The notes under the pieces were generated by a model. That model did not search any database. It saw only the letters and a program-made list of their open reading frames with translations, and was not told the DNA's origin. From an uncultured Candidatus Saccharibacteria bacterium (lineage in GTDB: Bacteria > Patescibacteriota > Minisyncoccia > Phycocordibacterales > VMEP01): 64,000 nt of DNA. Positions 1 to 9,259 of the stretch are shown here, one piece after another. The position numbers and the translations under genes were made by a program. Where the stretch lies: contig CAZOFV010000003.1 in NCBI GenBank assembly GCA_964579635.1, positions 2,768 to 66,767 of the forward strand, in the 5' to 3' direction. Numbering within the stretch: the stretch's first letter is position 1; each line of letters opens with the position of its first letter.

Positions 1-826
1 TGTAAATTTCGTTTTCGATTTCTGAGACCTTGCCATCTTCGTGATCAAGTCTGATATCTCCAGTGTGGACGATATCGCCATAAGGAGTTTCTATTATTAT
101 TCCCATTGAGTCGGGGATAGCGTGAGTAACAGCAAAGAATGAGATATTTGTATTCCCAATTTTTGTTCTTTCTCCACTTTCAACTATGCGAAAATCAATA
201 GCAGGAGCATGAGGAAATTCCTCCTGTCGTTTCTTAATCATAAGAGAGGTAAAGCTTCTTGTGTAAAGAGGGGGATTACCAATTTTTTCCATGATATAAG
301 GAATAGCCCCAATGTGGTCTAGGTGTCCATGTGTAATCAAAACTGCACGAATTTTACCTTTGTTTTCTTCAAGGTATTTAGTGTTTGGAAGAATATAATC
401 AATACCAGGAGTGTCATCTTCGCTAAACTGGAACCCCATATCAACAACGAAAATATCATCGCCGATTTCAAAGGCTGTCATGTTTTTACCAATTTCTTCA
501 ACTCCACCAAGTGGAATTATTCGGATGTTTTCAATACCAAGTTCTGGAATTTTGTGAACAGTAGTATCTCTTGGTGGATAAGAGGTTGCCCTTGGTGGTC
601 GCCCTCCTCCGTGTTGACGGCGGTGTGTGCTTGTACTGCCATGTCCACTACGTGTTGGCGTGCGTCCTCCTTGTGCGCTAGTGAAGCGTGGCTTACTAAC
701 TGCTGGGCGAGCAGATATATTTCCAGTACTTGTCCCGCTCTGTAGGTTTGGGAAAGTTCTGGTAACACGTCGAGCCGGTGCTTTAATAGGTCCTTTTCCT
801 TCTGGTTTGTCTGTTTTTTCAGTCAT
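1..826 (-). CDS. rnj: Ribonuclease J (beta-CASP metallo-beta-lactamase RNase), N-terminal part; C-terminus lies beyond the window start
   Basis: Reverse-strand translation from the ATG at about 826 gives MTEKTDKPEG..., then IPLGGVEEIGKNMTAFEIGDDIFVVDMGF, then LITHGHLDHIGAIPYIM (HxHxDH MBL motif). There are no in-frame stops down to position 1. The ORF track omits it because it is partial. A roughly 75 aa Arg/Gly/Ser/Thr-rich N-terminal extension precedes the catalytic domain. Confidence 0.85.
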   Translation of the reverse strand, partial: MTEKTDKPEGKGPIKAPARRVTRTFPNLQSGTSTGNISARPAVSKPRFTSAQGGRTPTRSGHGSTSTHRRQHGGGRPPRATSYPPRDTTVHKIPELGIENIRIIPLGGVEEIGKNMTAFEIGDDIFVVDMGFQFSEDDTPGIDYILPNTKYLEENKGKIRAVLITHGHLDHIGAIPYIMEKIGNPPLYTRSFTSLMIKKRQEEFPHAPAIDFRIVESGERTKIGNTNISFFAVTHAIPDSMGIIIETPYGDIVHTGDIRLDHEDGKVSEIENEIY

Positions 827-848
827 TTTTTTAATTAATTATTTTTTA

Positions 849-2645
849 TTAGATAATGTTTTCTTCGTCGGCAAAAATTTTCCAAACGTTTTCTGTTTTT
901 AAATACCATTTGTAAACTAATACAAATCTTTCAGATGTTATTGTTGTTTCTCCGAAATCAACTCCTTTTAAATTCTTACCTAGGACGTATATAAAATCTG
1001 GTGAATAAAGGAACGTCGCTGGGACATCATCTGATATTTCACTTTCAAACAAACGGTAATTTTCTTGTCGCTTTTTTTCGTCAACAATTGTTCTCGCTGA
1101 TTCAAGTAATTTGTCTACAGTTGAGTTTGCATACATCGCTATATTCAATCCAGGGTCGTTTCTTTGAGATGAATGCCAGAACGCGTATGGGTCTGAATTC
1201 TGTCTTATTATTTCTCCAAATAAAAGAGCATCATATTTTCTTGGGCGAATTATGTTTTGATTCAAGTCCCCGGATTCAAAGATTCTAATTTCAACATTTG
1301 CCCCAAGTTTTTCCCATTGTTTTTCAACCAATAACGCAGCGGCTTTTAGTTCTGGAGTATCTGCTGTTGTTATCGAAAAAGATAGGGGAGTAACAACTTT
1401 TTTAACGGTTTTCTCAAGAACTTTTTTCTCCTCGTTCCATTTCCACCCAGCTTTTTCGAGGGAAGCCCTTGCCTCTGCTACTTTTTTGTCTTGGTCGCCT
1501 GGTTCGTTGCTTTGGTAGACTGGCACATAATCTTTACCTGTTTTTGGTATCGGGCTATATGCTGGTACCCCATATCCATAAAGAACCGAATCAATAATTT
1601 CTTTTCGGTCTATTGCGTTGTTTAAGGCTCGTCTTACAACTATGTCGGAAAGTGCTGGTGATTGGTTTTGGTTGAAAAAGACACCAAAAATTCTGGGAAG
1701 GGGAGTTGTGATTATTTGGAAATCTTTGGAAATATCTTTAGCGTATTCTGGCGCTATCGCATTTATATTATCAACATCTTTGTTTTTTAAAGCCTGAACC
1801 AATTCTTTTTCGTTGGCATAAAAACGAACCACGATTGTGTCTATATATGGTTTACCAAGGGCAAACTTTTTAAAAGAATTTAGTTTGTAGTAAACAGGTA
1901 TTCCAGAAGAATCTTTTTTTATTGATTCAACTTTATATGGGCCAGAACCAACTCCGTTTGTATTGAAGTCGCTTAGCCCCATTTGTTCAGAACTTATATT
2001 TTTCCAAATATGTTTCGGCAATATTCCTATTGTGGCGTTTTCAAGAAACGGTGCGTATGGTTGTTTTAAAATAAAACGTATTTTCTTGTCGTCTATTTTT
2101 TGTATAGTGACACCTTCCCAGTTTAAGCGTTTTGGGCTTTTTAATATTTGGTCTTGTGCTTTTTCGATTGTGAATAGGACATCGTCTGTTGTTAATGGCT
2201 TACCATCGTGAAAAACTAAATTGTCTTTTAGTGTGAACGTGTAAGAAAGTCCATCGTTTGATACTTCGTAATTTGACGCAAGGTCGGGCGTAATCTCTCC
2301 GTCTGGTAATTTACGAAGAAGTCCTGAATAAACTAATTCCGTTATATCTCTGTCGGCGTCTGATATTGCAAGAACTGGGTTGATTAGTCTTGGTGTGCCA
2401 ATGATTCCTTCTGTTAGTGTTCCACCATAAGTAGGTACTTTTACTTTAAAATTTTGATTAACTGATTGGATAAACCAAAGAAAACTAATAACAAATAGCC
2501 CAGTGAGTATTAGTAGAACCCTCTTTTTTTTATACGAAAAAGAGCCGATTGCTCGGATTACTTCTTTTTTTGAAGGGATATTGCTTCCCTTTATACTATT
2601 CTCTTCGTTCACTAGAGTTATTTTTTTGTTTAATTTAATAGCCAA
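849..2645 (-). CDS. ABC transporter substrate-binding protein, family 5 (OppA/DppA-like), N-terminally membrane-anchored
   Basis: 598 aa ORF with an N-terminal TM helix (LLILTGLFVISFLWF). Overall architecture resembles solute-binding protein family 5 (peptide/nickel). Confidence 0.65.
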   Translation of the reverse strand: MAIKLNKKITLVNEENSIKGSNIPSKKEVIRAIGSFSYKKKRVLLILTGLFVISFLWFIQSVNQNFKVKVPTYGGTLTEGIIGTPRLINPVLAISDADRDITELVYSGLLRKLPDGEITPDLASNYEVSNDGLSYTFTLKDNLVFHDGKPLTTDDVLFTIEKAQDQILKSPKRLNWEGVTIQKIDDKKIRFILKQPYAPFLENATIGILPKHIWKNISSEQMGLSDFNTNGVGSGPYKVESIKKDSSGIPVYYKLNSFKKFALGKPYIDTIVVRFYANEKELVQALKNKDVDNINAIAPEYAKDISKDFQIITTPLPRIFGVFFNQNQSPALSDIVVRRALNNAIDRKEIIDSVLYGYGVPAYSPIPKTGKDYVPVYQSNEPGDQDKKVAEARASLEKAGWKWNEEKKVLEKTVKKVVTPLSFSITTADTPELKAAALLVEKQWEKLGANVEIRIFESGDLNQNIIRPRKYDALLFGEIIRQNSDPYAFWHSSQRNDPGLNIAMYANSTVDKLLESARTIVDEKKRQENYRLFESEISDDVPATFLYSPDFIYVLGKNLKGVDFGETTITSERFVLVYKWYLKTENVWKIFADEENII

Positions 2646-2687
2646 TCGGCCTGTATGTAGAATTAATACAGTTTGGCTTTTGGAGCT

Positions 2688-2939
2688 TTATCGGACGACG
2701 AGAGCAAGAAAAGAAGAGACAGCAAACAAAAGGGCGATTATTATCGTTGCATTAAAGAGTATTTTTTCTACTCCTCTTTTGCTGTTTTGCCAGCTTGATC
2801 CTTCTCCTCCACCTAAGGCCCCGCCTGTGTCAGTACCGGACTGCTGAAGCAGTATTGCGGTAATGAGTAGAGCGGAAAGCGCAACTTGGACCCACGGTAG
2901 GGTAGTAGCGATAAGTTCCATATGTGAAAACTCTACCAA
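2688..2939 (-). CDS. secG: Preprotein translocase subunit SecG (true start possibly the internal Met at about 2921)
   Basis: Small two-TM protein with an LLQQ...GGALGGGEGS glycine-rich loop typical of SecG. Confidence 0.75.
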   Translation of the reverse strand: MVEFSHMELIATTLPWVQVALSALLITAILLQQSGTDTGGALGGGEGSSWQNSKRGVEKILFNATIIIALLFAVSSFLALVVR

Positions 2940-2993
2940 AGGGTGGTAAAAAATGCAAATGTTTCTTTTTGTATACGGGGATGAGAATCAGTT

Positions 2994-3022
2994 TTGACAG
3001 CTATATACAAATGAAATATTAT
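2994..3022 (+). promoter_or_regulatory. Sigma70-like promoter for groES-groEL (TTGACA, 17 nt spacer, TATTAT)
   Basis: Near-consensus -35 and -10 hexamers with a 17 nt spacer, about 90 nt upstream of groES. No CIRCE (TTAGCACTC-N9-GAGTGCTAA) element is present. Confidence 0.5.
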
Positions 3023-3110
3023 ATTGCCGTATTTGTTATAAAGTAGTGTATGATTGTTGTTTCAAGGGCTTCTATTAATTAATTCATTTTATTAATAACT
3101 AAACAAAAAT

Positions 3111-3419
3111 ATGAAAAAAGAAACAAAAATTATTCCACTCGGAGACAGAGTTTTAGTTAAACCATTCACTAAAGAAGACGCCAAAAAAACTAAAAGCGGA
3201 ATTATTATTCCGGAAACAGTTGATCAAGAAAGACCAGAGCAGGGGAAAGTTATAGCTGTTGGTGAGGGTCGTATGAATAATGAAGGAAAAATTTTACCAA
3301 TGAAGGTTAAGGTTGGAGATATGGTTATCTTTTCTAAATACGGACCAGATGAAGTAAAGGTTGAGGGAGATGAATACTTCATGTTAAAAGAAGAAAATAT
3401 TTTAGCGATTATCAAATAA
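3111..3419 (+). CDS. groES: Co-chaperonin GroES
   Basis: 102 aa, IIPLGDRVLVKP...GKVIAVGEG..., the classic Cpn10 fold signature. Sits immediately upstream of groEL. Confidence 0.95.
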   Translation: MKKETKIIPLGDRVLVKPFTKEDAKKTKSGIIIPETVDQERPEQGKVIAVGEGRMNNEGKILPMKVKVGDMVIFSKYGPDEVKVEGDEYFMLKEENILAIIK

Positions 3420-3431
3420 TTTTTTTAAAAT

Positions 3432-5075
3432 ATGGCAAAACAAATAATTTTCAATGAGAATGCTCGTCAACTTTTAAAAAATGGAGTTGATAAGGTTGCA
3501 AACGCAGTAAAGATAACAATTGGTCCTCGTGGGCGAAATGTTGTTTTCGATAAGGGCTATGGCGCTCCAACAATCACAAACGATGGAGTTTCAATCGCAA
3601 AAGAAATTACTCTTTCTGATAAATTTGAAAACATGGGTGCGGAGATTGTGAAAGAGGTTGCAACTAAAACAAACGAAAACGCAGGGGATGGCACAACGAC
3701 AGCTGTCATTTTGACTCAAGCCATTGTTTCTGAAGGTATTAAACAAACAACCATGGGTGTGAACGCTATGGGAATTCGTTTGGGGATTGAAAGCGCGGCT
3801 GGGGAAGTAGTGCTTGCTTTGAAGAAGATTGGTAAGGAAATAAAAAGCAAAGAAGAAATAATGCAGGTGGCCTCTATATCTGCTGAATCTAAAGAGATTG
3901 GGAAAATCATTGCAGACACAATTGGTAAGGTTGGTAAAGACGGAGTTGTGACCGTTGAAGAATCACAGTCGTTTGGTATTGAGTCTGAAATAGTTGAAGG
4001 GATGCAATTTGATAAGGGATACGTCTCTCCTTATATGATAACCAACGGCGATAGAATGGAGGCAGAATATAGAGATGCACCTATTTTTATTACCGACAAA
4101 AAGATTTCAAGCATAAAGGAAATTTTACCGTTGCTTGAAAAACTCGCTCAAACCGGCAAGAAGGAAATCGTTATTATTGCTGATGATGTAGACGGTGAAG
4201 CTTTGGCCACTTTTGTGGTTAATAAAATCCGCGGGGCTTTTTCAGTGCTTGCTATTAAGGCACCGGGATTTGGAGATAGAAAAAAAGAGCTACTTCAAGA
4301 TATTGCTGTTTTGACCGGAGCAAAAGTTGTTTCCGACGAGCTTGGTATTAAACTTGAAAATGTTGATGTTTCTGTTTTGGGTCATGCTAATAAAATAATT
4401 TCCACAAAAGACAGCACAACTATTGTTGGTGGAAAGGGGAAGAAAGCAGATATTGATGCGAGAGTATCTCAATTGAAAAAAATTCGCGAAAAAACAGAAT
4501 CTAAGTTTGATGTTGAGAAAATTGAAGAACGACTCGCAAAATTAACTGGCGGAGTTGCTGTTATAAAAGTTGGAGCAGCGACAGAGACAGAGATGAAATA
4601 TTTAAAACTTAAAATAGAAGACGCGGTTAATGCGACAAAGGCTGCTGTTGAGGAGGGAATTGTCCCTGGTGGCGGAGTTGCTCTAATTAAGGCTGCAAAG
4701 TCTGTTGAAGCAACGTTAAAACATGCACCGGCATTTGCGAAAAGTTTTGAGTCTGAATTTATGGTTGGTGTTAGTATTCTTTTGAAAGCGCTTGAAGCGC
4801 CACTTCGTCAGATTGCAATAAACGCCGGGAAGGATGACGGTTCAGTTATTGTTGATAGAGTCAAAAACGCAAAAGGTTTTTCGGGGTATGACGCAGCAAA
4901 CGATGAAATAGTCCCCGACATGATTTTGGCTGGAATTATTGACCCACTAAAGGTGACAAGAAGTGGTGTGCAAAATGCTGCTTCAGCCGCCGCTGTTTTA
5001 CTTACGACCGAAGTCGCAATCGCTGATGAGCCAAAGGAGGAAAAAGAAACCCCTGCGCCAAGTGTGGGCTATTAA
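3432..5075 (+). CDS. groL: Chaperonin GroEL (Cpn60)
   Basis: 547 aa with AGDGTTTA, GVAVIKVGAATE and VPGGGVALI motifs. Confidence 0.97.
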   Translation: MAKQIIFNENARQLLKNGVDKVANAVKITIGPRGRNVVFDKGYGAPTITNDGVSIAKEITLSDKFENMGAEIVKEVATKTNENAGDGTTTAVILTQAIVSEGIKQTTMGVNAMGIRLGIESAAGEVVLALKKIGKEIKSKEEIMQVASISAESKEIGKIIADTIGKVGKDGVVTVEESQSFGIESEIVEGMQFDKGYVSPYMITNGDRMEAEYRDAPIFITDKKISSIKEILPLLEKLAQTGKKEIVIIADDVDGEALATFVVNKIRGAFSVLAIKAPGFGDRKKELLQDIAVLTGAKVVSDELGIKLENVDVSVLGHANKIISTKDSTTIVGGKGKKADIDARVSQLKKIREKTESKFDVEKIEERLAKLTGGVAVIKVGAATETEMKYLKLKIEDAVNATKAAVEEGIVPGGGVALIKAAKSVEATLKHAPAFAKSFESEFMVGVSILLKALEAPLRQIAINAGKDDGSVIVDRVKNAKGFSGYDAANDEIVPDMILAGIIDPLKVTRSGVQNAASAAAVLLTTEVAIADEPKEEKETPAPSVGY

Positions 5076-5110
5076 ACAACAGCTAGCTTTTAGGTAAATA
5101 AAAAACAAAA

Positions 5111-5140
5111 AAACTCCAAATAAAACGGAGTTTTTTGTTG
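5111..5140 (+). terminator. Rho-independent terminator after groEL
   Basis: Hairpin AAAACTCC-loop-GGAGTTTT followed by a T-run. Confidence 0.5.
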
Positions 5141-5206
5141 CTTGATTTTGGGTGTGGTCCTGTCATAATTCTTTCATTATAGTTTAATTTTTTTCACACT
5201 AAATTT

Positions 5207-5758
5207 ATGGAAATATTTTTAATAGCTGTTGCAGTTGTTGTCGCTTGGGGGATATTCGCTTATAACGGTTTTGTTGCTTTGGTTAACCGCACAAAAGAAG
5301 CATGGTCTGATATTGATGTTCAATTGAAACGTCGCTATGACCTTATTCCTAATTTAGTAAACACTGTTAAAGGTTATGCTACTCATGAAAGTTCTGCCTT
5401 TGAAAAAGTATCTGATGCCCGCGCGAAAGCTATGGGTGCAGGTGGTGTTGCCGATAAGGCGGCAGCAGAAAATATGCTTTCCGGTGCATTGAAATCAATT
5501 TTCGCAATAGCGGAAGCGTATCCAGAACTTAAAGCAAATCAGAATTTTCTTGCTCTTCAGAATGAATTAGCAGACACAGAAAACAAAATTCAAGCAGCAC
5601 GAAGGTTCTATAATATGAATGCTCGTGACTTATCAATCGGAATTGAATCATTTCCGGGAAATCTTATTGCTTCAATTTTTCATTTCGGAAAAATGGAATT
5701 CTTTGAACTAGATGAGGCTGAGGCTAGTGCCCGCAATCCAGTTGAAGTAAAGTTCTAG
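5207..5758 (+). CDS. LemA family membrane protein
   Basis: N-terminal TM helix plus RRYDLIPNLVNTVKGYATHE, typical of LemA. Confidence 0.8.
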   Translation: MEIFLIAVAVVVAWGIFAYNGFVALVNRTKEAWSDIDVQLKRRYDLIPNLVNTVKGYATHESSAFEKVSDARAKAMGAGGVADKAAAENMLSGALKSIFAIAEAYPELKANQNFLALQNELADTENKIQAARRFYNMNARDLSIGIESFPGNLIASIFHFGKMEFFELDEAEASARNPVEVKF

Positions 5759-5816
5759 ATTTTTTGTTTTTCTTTTGTAAAAATATTTTAACCTAATTTA
5801 CTAACCTATTATTTTA

Positions 5817-6716
5817 ATGACCAATCCATATACTCATCAAACTCAAAATATATTGAAGACTTGGTTTATCATGACCGTGTTTTTTGCTGTGGTGATTGGT
5901 GTGGGGTGGTTTGCTAGTTTGTATTTTGGAAATCAAAGTATTTTGTATATCGCTATTGCTTTCAGTATTGGAATGAATATCACAAGCTATTGGTTTTCAG
6001 ATAAGATAGTTCTTTCGATGACGGGAGCAAGAGAGGCAACGAGGGCTGAATTTTTCAACCTTTATACAACAGTAGAAAATCTCTCAATTACAGCAGGTCT
6101 CCCGATGCCAAAACTTTACGTGATTGACGATCAGGCGCCGAATGCTTTTGCGACAGGAAGGAATAAAGAACATTCAGTTGTTGCAGTGACAACGGGTCTT
6201 TTGCAGATTCTTGATAAAAATGAACTTGAGGGCGTGATAGCTCATGAACTCTCACATATTGGTAACAAGGATATGTTGGTCTCCACTGTTGCTGTTGTGC
6301 TTGTTGGTTTCGTCACTATTATTTCCGATATGGCGATACGAGCATCTTTTTTTGGTGGCAACAATGACCGTGATAATAAAACAAGCGCAGTGATTATGGC
6401 CATAGGGATTGTTTTAATGATCCTTGCTCCAATTGCCGCAACACTTCTTCAGCTTGCTATTTCTCGCAAACGGGAGTTTTTAGCAGATGCTTCAGGAGTG
6501 CTTTTAACTAGATACCCAGAGGGCCTTGCAAATGCGCTTAAGAAAATTGGGGGATATAGCCGTCCAATGATTAAGGCTAATAACGCGACCGCCCATCTTT
6601 TTATTTCAAACCCATTTGGTTCCAGTGAGGTATCTAATGACAAGATTCCTTTCTTAGTAAAAATTTTTTCAACACATCCACCAATAAATGAACGTGTTAA
6701 GTCTTTGGTAGGGTAG
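5817..6716 (+). CDS. htpX: Zinc metalloprotease HtpX (peptidase M48)
   Basis: Multi-TM protein with an HELSH zinc-binding motif (HEXXH) and M48 architecture. Confidence 0.85.
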   Translation: MTNPYTHQTQNILKTWFIMTVFFAVVIGVGWFASLYFGNQSILYIAIAFSIGMNITSYWFSDKIVLSMTGAREATRAEFFNLYTTVENLSITAGLPMPKLYVIDDQAPNAFATGRNKEHSVVAVTTGLLQILDKNELEGVIAHELSHIGNKDMLVSTVAVVLVGFVTIISDMAIRASFFGGNNDRDNKTSAVIMAIGIVLMILAPIAATLLQLAISRKREFLADASGVLLTRYPEGLANALKKIGGYSRPMIKANNATAHLFISNPFGSSEVSNDKIPFLVKIFSTHPPINERVKSLVG

Positions 6717-6728
6717 AATGACTATTAC

Positions 6729-7349
6729 ATGTTTATTTTTAAAATAAAAAGTTCTCTCTGGAGTGAAATAACAGAAACAAAAGTAAAGGTTGGTATCAAA
6801 GATAGAGCGATAAGTTTTATTTTTGAACCACTCCTTCCTTCTTTTGTTGTTCCAAATCATATTACCGTTTTTCGTTTTATTTCCATTCCATTTGTTACTT
6901 TTCTTTTGTTTTTCGAGTATTACGCAACAGGCTTCGCCTTGTTTGCTGTATCGGCTTTTAGTGATGCTCTTGATGGCGCTATTGCGCGTACTCGCGGGCA
7001 AGTTACAGATTGGGGAAAATTGTTTGACCCACTCGCCGATAAACTTTTAATCGGTATTTCTGGTTTTATTTTGGTCTCGCGTTTTTTGTCGCCAATTATT
7101 ATTACTACGGTGATCTTAATTGAAGTACTTCTTATTTTAAATGCTTACTACCGCAAAAAATTTCGAGGGGAAGTTGTTGAGGCACGTGGGGTAGGAAAAA
7201 TAAAAATGGTTTGTCAGTCTTTTGGAGTAGGTCTATTGGGGATTTACGCTATCTCTCAAATACCAATTCTTCTTTTTGTTTCGTTGTTATTTTTCTATAT
7301 CGGTATAGTTCTCGCGCTTATAAGTCTTTTTGTTTATCGGTCAATTTAG
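6729..7349 (+). CDS. CDP-alcohol phosphatidyltransferase family protein (PgsA-like)
   Basis: DALDGAIAR...G...DPLADKL matches the D-x2-DG-x2-AR...G-x3-D-x3-D signature. Multiple TM helices. Confidence 0.75.
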   Translation: MFIFKIKSSLWSEITETKVKVGIKDRAISFIFEPLLPSFVVPNHITVFRFISIPFVTFLLFFEYYATGFALFAVSAFSDALDGAIARTRGQVTDWGKLFDPLADKLLIGISGFILVSRFLSPIIITTVILIEVLLILNAYYRKKFRGEVVEARGVGKIKMVCQSFGVGLLGIYAISQIPILLFVSLLFFYIGIVLALISLFVYRSI

Positions 7350-7390
7350 TTTTGCGTTATTAGTTTTTTTCTGCAACAATGCTTTTTCAC

Positions 7391-7470
7391 GGAGGTGTCG
7401 CATAGCTAGGTCCCCGCCCGTACCGAACGGTACGTTCGGGCGGGTAGTGCGCAGACCTGGAAAGCCCGCT
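7391..7470 (+). pseudogene. Degenerate 5' fragment of tRNA-Ser with a 33 nt hairpin insertion in the D-loop region
   Basis: GGAGGTGTCGCATAGCTAGG then a CCCGCCCG...CGGGCGGG hairpin, then TAGTGCGCAGACCTGGAAAG identical to the downstream tRNA-Ser. No T-arm or 3' acceptor. Confidence 0.5.
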
Positions 7471-7505
7471 TTCTTTTAGTAGTTGTTTGTAGATTAATTA
7501 AATAT

Positions 7506-7590
7506 GGAGGCGTCGCATAGCGGTCTAGTGCGCAGACCTGGAAAGTCTGTGTGGGGCAACCCACCGAGAGTTCGAATCTCTCCGCCTCCG
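7506..7590 (+). tRNA. tRNA-Ser (anticodon GGA), type II with a long variable arm
   Basis: GGAGGCG...CGCCTCCG acceptor stem, anticodon loop CUGGAAA, variable arm GTGGGGCAACCCACC, T-arm GAGAGTTCGAATCTCTC. Discriminator is G and there is no encoded CCA. Confidence 0.85.
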
Positions 7591-7810
7591 CAGTTTTGAA
7601 ACGCAGTGAAAAACTGCGGAGGCGAGCAATGTGTCTGCACACATTGCGTGAGAGATTCGAACGCCGGAGCGATATTTTTGTAGCAACAAAAATCGCGAGG
7701 CGCGGCTAGCAAAAATTTTGTGACGACAAAATTTTATGCGGAGCCGAATCTCTCCGCCGAATCAGAGTGTTCGGCGAATAAAATATTCGTAACCGAATCT
7801 CTCCGCGCCA
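7587..7810. repeat. Cluster of short hairpins and three extra copies of the tRNA-Ser 3'-end motif CGAATCTCTCCGC
   Basis: A perfect 10 bp inverted repeat CCGCAGTTTT/AAAACTGCGG lies directly after the tRNA. A second GGAGGCG follows, then palindromes CAATGTGT..ACACATTG and ATTTTTGT..ACAAAAAT. CCGAATCTCTCCGC recurs at about 7744-7757 and 7793-7806. Confidence 0.5.
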
Positions 7811-7887
7811 AAAATCTAATATAAATAAGGCTAAATATACATAAAAACACGTGAATTTGTTATAATTCACGTTAATATATAAGTCTT

Positions 7888-8391
7888 ATGATTTCTGAGA
7901 ATTTAATTAAAGACAAAAAAGGTTTTACCCTCATCGAGCTTCTTGTTGTTATTTCTATCATCGGCATTTTGTCTTCCATTGTAATTTCAACGTTGAACAC
8001 AGCGAGAGTGAAGGCTCGTGACACAAGAAGATTAGCGGACATGAATCAACTAGTTAAGGCAATAGAGATGTATCATACTGATAACGGATTTTATCCTGCG
8101 TGCGGTGTTGCAGATTATTGTAACTCTACTGCTTCCGGAGGTTATGTGAATTTAAATACTTTAGACGTAAAACCAAATTATCTTAGCGCTACACCAGTTG
8201 ATCCAACAAACATCGCTGCTCAATATGGTTATTATTATGCGAGAAGATATAAACCAACTGGAAGTACTCCACCATACATATATACTGGTAGTGATCAAAA
8301 TTATATAGTTGGAACTAGGTTAGAAAATAGTTCCAACCCTGTATACTCAGGTTGGGATAATCCAAATATTAATCTTTACAAAGGTCAGTAA
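7888..8391 (+). CDS. Type IV pilin / pseudopilin-like protein with prepilin-type N-terminal cleavage/methylation domain
   Basis: KGFTLIELLVVISIIGILSSIV is a class III signal / N-methylation motif. Confidence 0.75.
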   Translation: MISENLIKDKKGFTLIELLVVISIIGILSSIVISTLNTARVKARDTRRLADMNQLVKAIEMYHTDNGFYPACGVADYCNSTASGGYVNLNTLDVKPNYLSATPVDPTNIAAQYGYYYARRYKPTGSTPPYIYTGSDQNYIVGTRLENSSNPVYSGWDNPNINLYKGQ

Positions 8392-8415
8392 CATTTAAAA
8401 TTAAAAAATAATAAA

Positions 8416-8970
8416 ATGAATTTCAAAAAAATAAATTGCTCAATCTGTGGTTTGATTCCAAAATGGTTACGCTTTGTTGTCGCTTTCGTTGGTTTGCTTT
8501 TAATACTTTCTTATCTGGGAAATTCCACAAGAACAGAAAAGTTTTTTTCAGAAGATAAAGATAGTAAGTCTTTAAATCAAGCACCAACTTCCTTGGTGGG
8601 AGAAAATAAAAAAAATACCCAAGTTTCTATTGGTGACGCAACAATAAACGTTATTGTCGCTAGTACAGAAGAAGAGAGAACCATTGGTCTTTCTGGTCGT
8701 GATTCACTTTTACCAAACGAAGGTATGCTTTTTGTTTTTGAAGAACCAGATATCTACGGTTTTTGGATGGAAGGTATGAAATTCGCATTAGATATCATTT
8801 GGATTAACGAAAATAAAGAAATTATTTATGCAGAGGAAAATGTTTTACCAGAAACATACCCTGGTATTTTTCAACCAGCTTCTAATGCGACCTACGTATT
8901 AGAGGTTTCATCTGGATTTTTTTCAAAAAACAAACTTAAAGTTGCTGACAAAGTTAATTTCTCCATCTAA
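8416..8970 (+). CDS. DUF192 family protein (secreted or membrane-anchored)
   Basis: N-terminal TM helix. C-terminal region (GMLFVFE...GFWMEGMKFALDIIW...) resembles the DUF192/COG1430 family. Confidence 0.5.
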   Translation: MNFKKINCSICGLIPKWLRFVVAFVGLLLILSYLGNSTRTEKFFSEDKDSKSLNQAPTSLVGENKKNTQVSIGDATINVIVASTEEERTIGLSGRDSLLPNEGMLFVFEEPDIYGFWMEGMKFALDIIWINENKEIIYAEENVLPETYPGIFQPASNATYVLEVSSGFFSKNKLKVADKVNFSI

Positions 8971-9259
8971 TAGGTAGTTAATTTTCTGACTCTTTGGAAG
9001 AGATAGTAAAGGGCAGTTTTCTTTGAAAAGTTTGATATTTTTTTTGGGAAATTGTTTGTCATAAATAGAAAAGGGTATCTATTTAGCCTTAGTTTGAAGC
9101 GGTAAATTTGACGCGGGGTTTACAAGAAAGATTTTATGTTTTTGTTTATTAATTTTATGGCAATCCACAGTGCCGGTGGGATGAATTTACTGTAAAATGA
9201 ACTTTACAAGCTCGTGATGAGCTAATTTTTACCAGTTTTTTTAATTTTTTAATAAAAAT

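Noticed and set aside
323-902. Three short ORFs in the track (323-745 +, 517-768 -, 627-902 +).
   Set aside because: All overlap the clearly conserved RNase J reading frame on the minus strand and have low-complexity translations, so they are spurious.
2940-3110. Looked for a CIRCE (TTAGCACTC-N9-GAGTGCTAA) HrcA operator upstream of groES.
   Set aside because: No match to the inverted repeat. Only a sigma70-like promoter is visible.
8980-9259. Checked for a cobalamin riboswitch or NrdR boxes in the 280 bp leader of nrdJ.
   Set aside because: Neither a B12-box-like core nor a paired 16 bp NrdR palindrome could be recognised by eye, so no claim is made.
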